A DNA stretch of 64,000 nucleotides from a virus: positions 116,862-180,861 of the IMG/VR virus record IMGVR_UViG_3300008110_000034; one strand, written 5' to 3'. Each line of letters opens with the position of its first letter. The stretch's first letter is position 1. A model generated the notes under the pieces. That model searched no databases. It was not told where the DNA came from and saw nothing but the letters and a program-made list of their open reading frames with translations. The translations under genes were made by a program, and so were the position numbers. This document shows, piece after piece, positions 47,432 through 56,011 of the stretch.

Positions 47432-48898
47432 ATGACATCATGCAAATTAATTATCAAAGATGAGGTGAATATCAAGTTAGAAGGGTTGCCAATTGAAGCA
47501 AGACGTAAACTGGCAAATACATTTAAGTATGAAGACCCTACTGCAAGATATCGACCTTCATACCGCTTAGGACGTTGGGACGGATCTGTAAGTTTATTTG
47601 GTATTGGCGGATCAGGCTATCTTAATCAATTAGAAAAAATAGTCGAAGTATTATCAAACTTTAATATAGATATTAGCGAGGTTGAGGACGAACGACAGCC
47701 AGCTAATCTAGCATTCACTAAGGTAACAGAAACATACTGGGCCGATCAAGGAAAAGTCTGGCCAAAGGGACACCCAGATGCAGGTAAACCTATTTTATTA
47801 CGTGACTATCAAGTTGATGCTATTAACACATTTTTAGAAAATCCACAAAGTTTACAAGAGATTGCAACTGGTGCTGGCAAAACTATTACTACAGCGACTC
47901 TTAGTCAATTGTGTGAATCACTTGGTCGAACAATTACTATTGTACCTAATAAAAGTCTTGTAGAACAAACAGAAGAAGACTTTGTTAACGTAGGATTAGA
48001 CGTAGGTGTATATTACGGAGATCGAAAAGACTTAGGTAAGACTCATACAATATGCACATGGCAAAGTTTAAACATTTTAGATAAAAAAAGTAAAAATCAA
48101 GAACACGATTTATTAACATTGGCAGAATTTTTAGACGAAGTCAAGACAGTCATTGTAGACGAAGTACACATGGCAAAAGCTGATGTACTTAAAAAATTAT
48201 TAACACAGAACCTAAATAATGCGTGTATACGTTGGGGATTAACGGGGACAGTTCCAAAGGAACAATTTGAAAGTGAACAAATTTTTGCCAGCATAGGTCC
48301 TGTAGTTGGCGGTATCAAAGCACATGAATTACAAGAAAAGGGAGTGTTAAGCAACTGTCAAGTAAACGTTATTCAACTAATTGATCTTCCAGAATTTGGT
48401 AGTTATGCAGACGAAACAAAATACCTAGTTACTGACGAAGATAGAATGCTATACATTAGTAAATTAATCAAGACAATTAGTCTAACTGGTAACACACTAG
48501 TTTTAGTTAATCGTATTGATTCTGGAAAATTTTTAGTAAACGAATTAGAAGATTCTGTTTTTATTTCTGGTGAAGTAAAAACAAAAGATAGAAAAGAAGA
48601 ATATGATGAAATTAAAACAAGTGATAACAAGATTATTGTGGCGACTTACGGTGTGGCCGCTGTGGGTATTAATATCCCTAGGATTTTTAATCTGGTTCTT
48701 TTGGAGCCCGGAAAAAGCTTTGTTAGGGTTATACAAAGTATTGGACGAGGAATTCGGAAAGCAGCAGACAAGGACTTCGTCGAAATATGGGATATCACAA
48801 GCACCTGCAAATACGCAAAGAAACACCTTACAGAGAGAAAAAAGTTTTATAAAGAAGCTAAGTATCCGTTCAAGGTTGAGAAAATAGATTGGAAATAA
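47432..48898 (+). CDS. uvsW: SF2 DNA helicase UvsW-like
   Basis: LRDYQ, ATGAGKT, VDEVH, GLTGT, QSIGRGIR. Confidence 0.92.
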   Translation: MTSCKLIIKDEVNIKLEGLPIEARRKLANTFKYEDPTARYRPSYRLGRWDGSVSLFGIGGSGYLNQLEKIVEVLSNFNIDISEVEDERQPANLAFTKVTETYWADQGKVWPKGHPDAGKPILLRDYQVDAINTFLENPQSLQEIATGAGKTITTATLSQLCESLGRTITIVPNKSLVEQTEEDFVNVGLDVGVYYGDRKDLGKTHTICTWQSLNILDKKSKNQEHDLLTLAEFLDEVKTVIVDEVHMAKADVLKKLLTQNLNNACIRWGLTGTVPKEQFESEQIFASIGPVVGGIKAHELQEKGVLSNCQVNVIQLIDLPEFGSYADETKYLVTDEDRMLYISKLIKTISLTGNTLVLVNRIDSGKFLVNELEDSVFISGEVKTKDRKEEYDEIKTSDNKIIVATYGVAAVGINIPRIFNLVLLEPGKSFVRVIQSIGRGIRKAADKDFVEIWDITSTCKYAKKHLTERKKFYKEAKYPFKVEKIDWK

Positions 48899-48899
48899 A

Positions 48900-49406
48900 A
48901 TGCAAATACTAACAATTAATGATGAAGCTTACGACCTTAACAATCTTCCGGATGAAGTAGATGACAATATGAGATTCGCTGTTTTAGATAACAGTAATCC
49001 CTCAGATCCAGATTTCTTTTTTATACCTTTAATTTTTTTAGAAAGTTTTAATAGTCCAGCAATGGTATTAAAAATTAACAATAAAGAAATTGCTATGCCT
49101 ATAGATTGGTCAATAGTAGTAGGAGATAGTCAAAGCGGATGTGACTTAGAAGTATTACCACTTACTAGTCTTAATGATCGAGGATTTGAGGCATTCTGCT
49201 TCAATCCGTTAAGTAGTTTTAAAATGGATTTTTATAAAATAGAAATTGTAAATTTTTATAATGATGTAAAATGGTATTTTCCTAAGATGAAATCTGGACA
49301 ACTACTAGCTACGCCAATAGATGGTGGTAAGGGACCACAATGTGTCTACTTTGTGAAAGAAATTAGTAGACAAAGTGAATTAATTCAACTTGATAAAATA
49401 TTATGA
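48900..49406 (+). CDS. Hypothetical beta-rich protein, possibly Hint-like fold
   Basis: 168 aa; LKINNKEIAMPIDWSIVV and EIVNFY..VKWY loosely resemble Hint blocks. Confidence 0.5.
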   Translation: MQILTINDEAYDLNNLPDEVDDNMRFAVLDNSNPSDPDFFFIPLIFLESFNSPAMVLKINNKEIAMPIDWSIVVGDSQSGCDLEVLPLTSLNDRGFEAFCFNPLSSFKMDFYKIEIVNFYNDVKWYFPKMKSGQLLATPIDGGKGPQCVYFVKEISRQSELIQLDKIL

Positions 49407-49624
49407 CTAAAATTTATGAAAGTCCAGATGGCGGTAAAACTGTCTATCAAAGAAATTTTGGAAACTTAAAAAGAGATCAAATTAAAAGTGACGGCGAAAT
49501 TGATTTGCAGGACCATATATTATGGAATGAAATTAGATACGCTGCGAAGACCAATCCTACTTTACAAAGAGCCTGTGATCGTGTTAAACTTATGTACAGA
49601 CTTACAGTGGATGATCCAAAATGA
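49403..49624 (+). CDS. Small hypothetical protein
   Basis: 73 aa, ATGA-coupled on both sides. Confidence 0.6.
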   Translation: MTKIYESPDGGKTVYQRNFGNLKRDQIKSDGEIDLQDHILWNEIRYAAKTNPTLQRACDRVKLMYRLTVDDPK

Positions 49625-50097
49625 GTGAAAAAATTGAGTTGAAAGAAAAATTAGCAGCAGTTGATCTTTATGCTACAGATCTTTGGGATAGCTTAACTGA
49701 CGAACAGAAAAAATCTCTTAAGGGCGAGTTTTTTCTTTTGAATAGATATGTTAGTAATGTAAAATCAAATAATCGAAATCATCAAGAACATTTCGTACTA
49801 ACTGTTAATGAATATTTTAATAAGCATTGGAATACCTTACAAAAACATCCTAAACTCTTATGGAGACTGTTATGTATGTGCAGTCTAAAAGACAGTAAAG
49901 TTCATTATCATGAATGGATCGGAAATAAAAAGAAAACTGGAAGTAATAAGAAAATTAAATTTTTAGAAAAACTATATCCTAGTAAAAAACAAGATGAACT
50001 TGAATTATTATCGCAATTAATGTCCGATTCAGATTGCAAAAAACTTGCAGAACAACACGGATACGAAGATTCTGTAATTAAGCAACTGTTTAAATAA
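49621..50097 (+). CDS. Possible clamp-loader small subunit (gp62-like)
   Basis: FFLLNRYVS...HPKLLWRLL...EW pattern and size; replication operon context. Confidence 0.4.
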   Translation: MSEKIELKEKLAAVDLYATDLWDSLTDEQKKSLKGEFFLLNRYVSNVKSNNRNHQEHFVLTVNEYFNKHWNTLQKHPKLLWRLLCMCSLKDSKVHYHEWIGNKKKTGSNKKIKFLEKLYPSKKQDELELLSQLMSDSDCKKLAEQHGYEDSVIKQLFK

Positions 50098-50098
50098 T

Positions 50099-50791
50099 AT
50101 GTTCGAAGAATTAATCAACATGTATACTTGCCAGTATTGTAATCATAAATTTACTAAAGAAAAGACCCTGGCCGTACATGTATGTGAACAAAAGAGACGT
50201 CATCTTGCAGTAGCCGAAAAACATGTACAGATGGGATATTTGACCTTTGTAAGGTTTTATCAAATAACACAAAAAAAATCAGGAAATAAAACATACGACG
50301 AGTTTGCACGTAGTCCCTACTATAATGCGTTTATAAAATTTGGTAGTTTTGTAAGTAATGTAAATCCACTGTACCCTGAAAAATTCATAGACTATGTAAT
50401 AACTAGCGGCGTTAAACTAGATCACTGGTGCAGAGACGAATTATACGAACAATATGTAGTAAATCTTATAAAAACAGAGTCTGTTGAGACTGCTTTGGAA
50501 AGATCTATTAAATACATGACAGCCTGGGCTAACGAAAACAGCTCAGTTTGGAATCATTATTTTAACTACGTGAATATCAATAAGGCTATGTTTGATTTGA
50601 AAGACGGAAAGATTAGCCCCTGGCTAATATTACAATCTAAAAGCGGTAGAGATATGCTGGCAAAATTTAATGATGAGCAACTAACTTATGTCAACGCAAT
50701 TATTAACCCGGAGTTTTGGGTTAATAAATTCAAAAGAAATTCAAGCGATGTTCAATTCGTAAAAACACTTATCGAGGAGTCCCAACTATGA
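50099..50791 (+). CDS. C2H2-like zinc-finger protein of the replication operon
   Basis: YTCQYCNHKFTKEKTLAVHVC N-terminus followed by a helical domain. Confidence 0.6.
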   Translation: MFEELINMYTCQYCNHKFTKEKTLAVHVCEQKRRHLAVAEKHVQMGYLTFVRFYQITQKKSGNKTYDEFARSPYYNAFIKFGSFVSNVNPLYPEKFIDYVITSGVKLDHWCRDELYEQYVVNLIKTESVETALERSIKYMTAWANENSSVWNHYFNYVNINKAMFDLKDGKISPWLILQSKSGRDMLAKFNDEQLTYVNAIINPEFWVNKFKRNSSDVQFVKTLIEESQL

Positions 50792-50970
50792 GCGAAATAG
50801 CAGTTACTAAAACAGTACCATTGAAAGTTGAAGTGTTGTTGTCTGAAGAGGATAACTCGGTCTATGTAAGATTTGAAGGGTTTGAAGATGGAGAAGATGC
50901 TGAAGATTATGCAGCATTTTTAACAGATACTCTCCCATTAATGTTATTTGAGTCTGAAATAATTCACTAA
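50788..50970 (+). CDS. Small acidic hypothetical protein
   Basis: 60 aa; TAATG overlap with the DnaE-like gene. Confidence 0.55.
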   Translation: MSEIAVTKTVPLKVEVLLSEEDNSVYVRFEGFEDGEDAEDYAAFLTDTLPLMLFESEIIH

Positions 50971-51554
50971 TGCCAGATATTGACATTGACTTTGCAGATA
51001 GAGATCTTGCTCTTTCTTATTTTGAACATATTGCATCTTCAATAAAAGAAAAAGATCATACTTTAAAAAAGCATAACACCGGTATATATTGTACTTCTAT
51101 TCCGTACAATCCTGTAACGAGAATATCTACGATTGAGTATAAAGAAGCTGAAGATCGAGGATATTTTAAAATTGATTTTTTAAATGTTGGTATCTATAAA
51201 GATATTAAAAATGAAGAGCATCTTAATAAATTGATGGAAACTGAGCCTGTATGGGAACTCCTAGAACAGGACGATTTTACAGATTTATTGTTTCATGTAA
51301 ACGGTCACGGAGATATTCTAAGAGCAATGAAACCTAGCTCAATAGAACAATTGGCCGCAGTGTTAGCAATCATTAGACCGGCTAAGAGATATCTTATTGG
51401 AAAAGATTGGAATACTGTTATGAGTGAAGTTTGGATAAAACCGTCAACTAACGATTATTATTTTAAAAAGAGTCATGCAATATCTTATGCAATGGCAGTT
51501 GTAGTACATATGAATTTAATCTGTGAAAGCATTTATAATAACCCTCAAGAATAA
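50970..51554 (+). CDS. Miniature DNA polymerase III alpha (DnaE)-like catalytic core
   Basis: PDIDIDF, HNTGIY, GYFKIDFL, MKPSSIEQLAAVLAIIRP, YFKKSHAISYA in DnaE order within 194 aa. Confidence 0.85.
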   Translation: MPDIDIDFADRDLALSYFEHIASSIKEKDHTLKKHNTGIYCTSIPYNPVTRISTIEYKEAEDRGYFKIDFLNVGIYKDIKNEEHLNKLMETEPVWELLEQDDFTDLLFHVNGHGDILRAMKPSSIEQLAAVLAIIRPAKRYLIGKDWNTVMSEVWIKPSTNDYYFKKSHAISYAMAVVVHMNLICESIYNNPQE

Positions 51555-52095
51555 TTCTAATGCCTTAAGACAATTAGATAATTGTCAACGTACTGCAAAG
51601 CAGTGGGCATGGGATGTTGAAGTATTTTGGGCAATCGACGGCAAATTCTTATCGCCTAGTGATTTCCAAAAAGAAAATTTATCATTAAATCCAAATACAA
51701 AAATTTATCGCCGACCAGGTGCCCAAGGATGTTTTATGAGTCATTGGGAATTATGGAAACATTGTGTTAAAATAAATCAACCTATAATAATTTTAGAATC
51801 TGATGCACACATTATAGGAAAACTACCTAGTATTGATTTTTCTGAGGGGTTAGTAAAACTTCACGAAGATAAAGATACAAAATACAGCGATGTAACTGGA
51901 AAATGGAGTAAAGGAGCTCATGCTTACGCACTTACTCCGGATCATGCAAACTTATTAATTTCTGGTACACGGGCTACAGAAGTTAAGCCTGCAGACAAGG
52001 CTATTGGTTCTAACTTTGTTAGCTGGAGATACTTAAATACCCCTATTGTGACACTAAAAAAACTTGGCGCAAGTACGACTTCTAAAGTAAAATAA
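51523..52095 (-). CDS. GT25-like glycosyltransferase
   Basis: AFIITL, FWAIDGK, GCFMSHWELW, IILESDA, GAHAYALTP, PADK. Confidence 0.8.
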
Positions 52096-52467
52096 TTACT
52101 TTTTTCGAACAAGCTGAACACTTTTTCTTTTTATTCTTTTAAATGATAAGTTTAAAAGATTAACTACTGGGCCTAACACCACACGTACATCTTTGCTGTT
52201 AAACGTTTTAATGGCATGTTTAAACGGATCCATTTCTTCTTTTAAAAAGATGTTTATAGGAATCTGTCTATTACTTTCCCACCACCAAATTTCGCCCATT
52301 TCTAAAAAACTAGTTCGCTCCGCAGGGGCGACGATCATCCCCAGATCGTAAAAGCTTGTTACGTACTGATCTTGGTTAATAATGATACCAATATACTCGT
52401 TTTCCCCGTAGTTTAGGACACTAATAAAAGGTAAATTTTTCTCTATGTTTTCTCTTAATTTTACCAT
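52096..52467 (-). CDS. Hypothetical protein
   Basis: 123 aa, WWWESNRQIPINIFL; minus-strand TAAATA at 52495-52500. Confidence 0.65.
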   Translation of the reverse strand: MVKLRENIEKNLPFISVLNYGENEYIGIIINQDQYVTSFYDLGMIVAPAERTSFLEMGEIWWWESNRQIPINIFLKEEMDPFKHAIKTFNSKDVRVVLGPVVNLLNLSFKRIKRKSVQLVRKK

Positions 52468-52476
52468 AAATACATC

Positions 52477-53283
52477 ATGCAGAAAATTTCAACATATTTA
52501 TATCCAAATAGGATCGATATAATTTCTTCTAACGAAGAACCTTTACCTGTGGAGTGGCGCATCGTGTATCAAAGAAATATCAAAATTTATAAAGGCGTAC
52601 ATAATAAGTTAACATTAGACGTTAAAAACGCTGATCAAAAGCGCATAGATATTGCGGATAGAGATATCAAATTTGTACTATTAGATCTACTAGGACAGGA
52701 GATTTACAGTACTAATATTGTACCTTCGCCTTCAAAAGGACTAGCAACAGTAACTATACCAGATACAGAGCTAGAACACATAACTCCACAATTTTTAAAA
52801 TTTTCAATTTACGAATTAATAGACAACGAAAAGTACTTGCTATACGGGGATACTCAATTTGATGCATCTGGGCACGTAGAATTGTATGATACTGTGCTAA
52901 TCAAAACCATAGCTCCAAAAATTATAGATAAGTTTTTAGATATCCAAGATGCTGATTATACTGTACAACGAAAAACTTTTACTAGCGAAGCTGTAGAAGC
53001 TAGTTCTGGCAACAATGTTGTTACAGAGATTGAAATACGATTAGATTTTGATTTTTTAAGTCTCAGCGCCGATGTTACAGTACAGTTTACTGAGGACGCA
53101 ATAGTTAATCACTCCACCATCTGGAGAGATGTAGAAACCTTTCCCGTTGATGTAAGTACAGTTGGTTTATCAAAAATCTACAGCGGTTCTGATTATTCAA
53201 ACAATGTTAATTGGGTAAGAGTTAAGTATCTTCGAGACACAAATAACACCGGATCAATTGACAAGGTAGTTGTAAGAGTGTAA
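52477..53283 (+). CDS. Probable virion protein with N-terminal Ig-like (BppU-type) domain
   Basis: IKIYKGVHNKLTLDVKNADQK...KGLATVTIP pattern; TAAATA 4 nt upstream. Confidence 0.5.
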   Translation: MQKISTYLYPNRIDIISSNEEPLPVEWRIVYQRNIKIYKGVHNKLTLDVKNADQKRIDIADRDIKFVLLDLLGQEIYSTNIVPSPSKGLATVTIPDTELEHITPQFLKFSIYELIDNEKYLLYGDTQFDASGHVELYDTVLIKTIAPKIIDKFLDIQDADYTVQRKTFTSEAVEASSGNNVVTEIEIRLDFDFLSLSADVTVQFTEDAIVNHSTIWRDVETFPVDVSTVGLSKIYSGSDYSNNVNWVRVKYLRDTNNTGSIDKVVVRV

Positions 53284-53286
53284 ACT
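53258..53286 (+). promoter_or_regulatory. Sigma70-type promoter for primase
   Basis: TTGACA-N17-TAAACT. Confidence 0.65.
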
Positions 53287-53293
53287 CTACACT

Positions 53294-54286
53294 ATGAGTC
53301 TAATTATTGAGACCGTAAAAACACATTTACCGGTAAAGAAAAAATCTACACCTAGTGGTTGGACTAGTTTCAACGCAGTCTGTTGTCACCATAATGGCAA
53401 CAGCGCAGACACACGGCAACGCGGCGGAATCAATGTTGGTGAAGGAGTTAGCTACCATTGTTTTAATTGCGGATTTAAAGCTAGCTGGGTTCCGGGAAGA
53501 ACCCTATCAGTAAAGTTCAAAAAATTTCTTAAATGGTTAAATGCCCCAGACGATCTCATTACCAAATGTGTATTCGAAGCTTTAAGATTAAAAGAACAAG
53601 GTCCAGAGGCAGAAACTAGATCTTTAATTCCTACGTTTTATGATGTAGCACTACCTAAAAATGCTAGACCAATTTCTTCTTATTTAGAAGAAAGCCAAAT
53701 ACCAGATAAGTTAGTAGCTGTAATAGAGTACTTACAGTCAAGACATCTATATCTAGAAGATTACAATTTTCATTGGTGTGATGAATCGGGATTTGACGAA
53801 CGTCTAATAATTCCATATTACCTTCAAGGAAGAATAGTAGGGTGGACTGGCCGCAAAATAAAAGAAGGTAAACCTAAATATCTATCAGAACAACAACCTG
53901 GATTTGTTTTTAATTTAGATCAACAAACAGCCAATAGAAAGTGTGTAATAGTTTTAGAAGGACCAATGGATGCTATTAGTATTGGAGGAGTTGCTATTAC
54001 TGGTAGTGAGGTTAATAAGACACAGAGACTGTTGATTAATCAATTACAAAAACAAGTTATTGTAGTTCCAGATAGAGATACGTCCGGAAAAAAATTAATT
54101 GAACAAGCTGTAGATTTTGGTTGGTCAGTGAGTATGCCAGAGTGGGCCGAAGGTATCAAAGACGTTAACGATGCGATTCGGCATTACGGAAGGATATATA
54201 CACTTTGGAGCATTATTAAATCTACAGAATCAATGCCTCTGAAAATACAATTAAAGTTAAAATCTTGGTTAAGGACTGAACAATGA
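53294..54286 (+). CDS. gp61: DNA primase (T4 gp61-like)
   Basis: Zn ribbon (CC-H...YHCFNCG), RLIIPY, WTGR, KYL, TOPRIM EGPMDA, PDRD, KDVND. Confidence 0.92.
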   Translation: MSLIIETVKTHLPVKKKSTPSGWTSFNAVCCHHNGNSADTRQRGGINVGEGVSYHCFNCGFKASWVPGRTLSVKFKKFLKWLNAPDDLITKCVFEALRLKEQGPEAETRSLIPTFYDVALPKNARPISSYLEESQIPDKLVAVIEYLQSRHLYLEDYNFHWCDESGFDERLIIPYYLQGRIVGWTGRKIKEGKPKYLSEQQPGFVFNLDQQTANRKCVIVLEGPMDAISIGGVAITGSEVNKTQRLLINQLQKQVIVVPDRDTSGKKLIEQAVDFGWSVSMPEWAEGIKDVNDAIRHYGRIYTLWSIIKSTESMPLKIQLKLKSWLRTEQ

Positions 54287-54396
54287 AAAAAATATTATAT
54301 CTATTATTAACTCCATATCATATGTGGAAAGAACACAGACGAATAAAAAATCGTATGAAAGAGATTAAAGCAAGGGATCCGTTCATTTACAAATGA
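54283..54396 (+). CDS. 37-aa basic peptide (not in the ORF track)
   Basis: MKKILYLLLTPYHMWKEHRRIKNRMKEIKARDPFIYK; ATGA overlaps on both sides. Confidence 0.55.
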   Translation: MKKILYLLLTPYHMWKEHRRIKNRMKEIKARDPFIYK

Positions 54397-54545
54397 TTAA
54401 AAGTCCTTGTACTAGAGTTTGTCGTATTGACTCAAAAACTCAATACTGTGAAGGTTGTAAAAGAACTTTGAAAGAAATCTCGTCGTGGACTCAATATAGC
54501 GATGACAAAAAAAAGTTAATTTTGAAGGAAATAGAAAAAAGATGA
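54393..54545 (+). CDS. DUF1289-like four-cysteine mini-protein (not in the ORF track)
   Basis: MIKSPCTRVCRIDSKTQYCEGCKRTLKEISSW; ATGA-coupled to the carbamoyltransferase. Confidence 0.8.
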   Translation: MIKSPCTRVCRIDSKTQYCEGCKRTLKEISSWTQYSDDKKKLILKEIEKR

Positions 54546-55999
54546 TTACTTGGGGTATCTCTGCAAATAGCCACGACGCTGCATTAGCAGTATTTGATAA
54601 TAATGAATTAAAATTTGCTAGTCATAGCGAAAGATTTAGTCGTGTAAAAAATGATCCGCATCTATGCGATAGACTAGTAATCCATGCTGAAGCAACTTAC
54701 GGCGAGCCTGATCGTATAGTTTGGTATGAAAAACCCCTATCAAAAACAATCAGACAGTTGTATGCAGGGCAAGGATTTAAAAATAATAATATTAAAAAAT
54801 ACTTAAAAAACTATAAAATTGATGCTCCTATAAGATATAAAAAACATCATGAAAGTCATGCTGCTGCTGGGTATTACACTAGTAATTTTGATTCCGCCAC
54901 TGTGTTAGTGATTGATGCAATAGGCGAATGGGAATGTTTGACTGTATGGAAGGGGCAAGGTAAAAATCTTTCAAAAGTTTATAGTCAACAATATCCTCAT
55001 AGTATCGGACTTTGGTATTCAGCTATGACGCAACGATTGGGACTAAAGCCAAACGAAGACGAATATATTTTAATGGGCATGGCTGCATGGGGTAATCCTA
55101 ACAGGTACTTTGATCGAATTAATAATGATTTTTTCTATGTCGATAACTCCGGATGGCCAAGGTTAAAAAGAAATCTTCATCGAGGATGTCTTGATTGGCT
55201 ACCGGACACAAGTATAGATCATTATTTTGATATAGCAGCCGGAGTTCAATCAGTATACGAATATCATCTAAAAAGAATTCTAAAACAAGTTCGGAATATA
55301 GCACCAAATGAAAATATAGTATTCATGGGAGGTTGTGCATTAAATTGTTCAGCCAATCATCTGCTTAAAGACTTTTACAAAAATGTTTGGATTATGCCGA
55401 ATCCGGGCGATGCAGGTAGTGCAATTGGTGCAGTTTTAGCTGATAAGAAAATACATATTGACTGGCCAGGGGCATTCCTTGGGTTTAATATTGAACCAAG
55501 GGCAACTAACGATCAAATAGTAGATTATTTGATTAAAAACAAACTCTGCGGCGTTGCTAGAGGTCGGGCTGAATTTGGTCCTAGAGCGTTAGGTAACAGA
55601 AGTTTAATAGCAGATCCAAGAGACAAACAAACAAAGGAATTAGTCAACGACATTAAACAACGACAGCACTTTAGACCGTTTGCCCCAATGGTGTTGGAAG
55701 AACATGCTGCCGAATATTTTGACATGCCAGTTCAATCTAGTCCATACATGCAATTTACTGCTAAATGTAAATTTCCAGATAAGTTTCCAGCTATTATACA
55801 CAAAGATGGCACTAGTAGAGTTCAAACAGTAGGTTCTGAAGCTCCGTTAGCTAGAGCTTTATTAGAAACTTGGTATAAAAAAACTGGATGTCCTATTTTG
55901 TTAAACACTAGTCTTAATATTAAAGGCGAACCAATAGTAAACGATATAGTAGACGGAATGGATTTTGAAAAGAAATATAAAGTAAAAGTGTTTAATTAA
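54542..55999 (+). CDS. Carbamoyltransferase (NodU/CmcH family)
   Basis: HDAA, HHESHAAAGYY, DAIGE, EYILMGMAAWG, GGCALN, PGDAGSAIG, EFGPRALGNRS, FRPFAP, LNTSLN. Confidence 0.95.
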   Translation: MITWGISANSHDAALAVFDNNELKFASHSERFSRVKNDPHLCDRLVIHAEATYGEPDRIVWYEKPLSKTIRQLYAGQGFKNNNIKKYLKNYKIDAPIRYKKHHESHAAAGYYTSNFDSATVLVIDAIGEWECLTVWKGQGKNLSKVYSQQYPHSIGLWYSAMTQRLGLKPNEDEYILMGMAAWGNPNRYFDRINNDFFYVDNSGWPRLKRNLHRGCLDWLPDTSIDHYFDIAAGVQSVYEYHLKRILKQVRNIAPNENIVFMGGCALNCSANHLLKDFYKNVWIMPNPGDAGSAIGAVLADKKIHIDWPGAFLGFNIEPRATNDQIVDYLIKNKLCGVARGRAEFGPRALGNRSLIADPRDKQTKELVNDIKQRQHFRPFAPMVLEEHAAEYFDMPVQSSPYMQFTAKCKFPDKFPAIIHKDGTSRVQTVGSEAPLARALLETWYKKTGCPILLNTSLNIKGEPIVNDIVDGMDFEKKYKVKVFN

Positions 56000-56011
56000 A
56001 ATATATAAAAT

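Noticed and set aside
48545-48887. Overlapping ORFs 48603-48887 (+) and 48545-48826 (-) inside uvsW
   Set aside because: Alternative frames over conserved helicase motifs IV-VI; no independent signals
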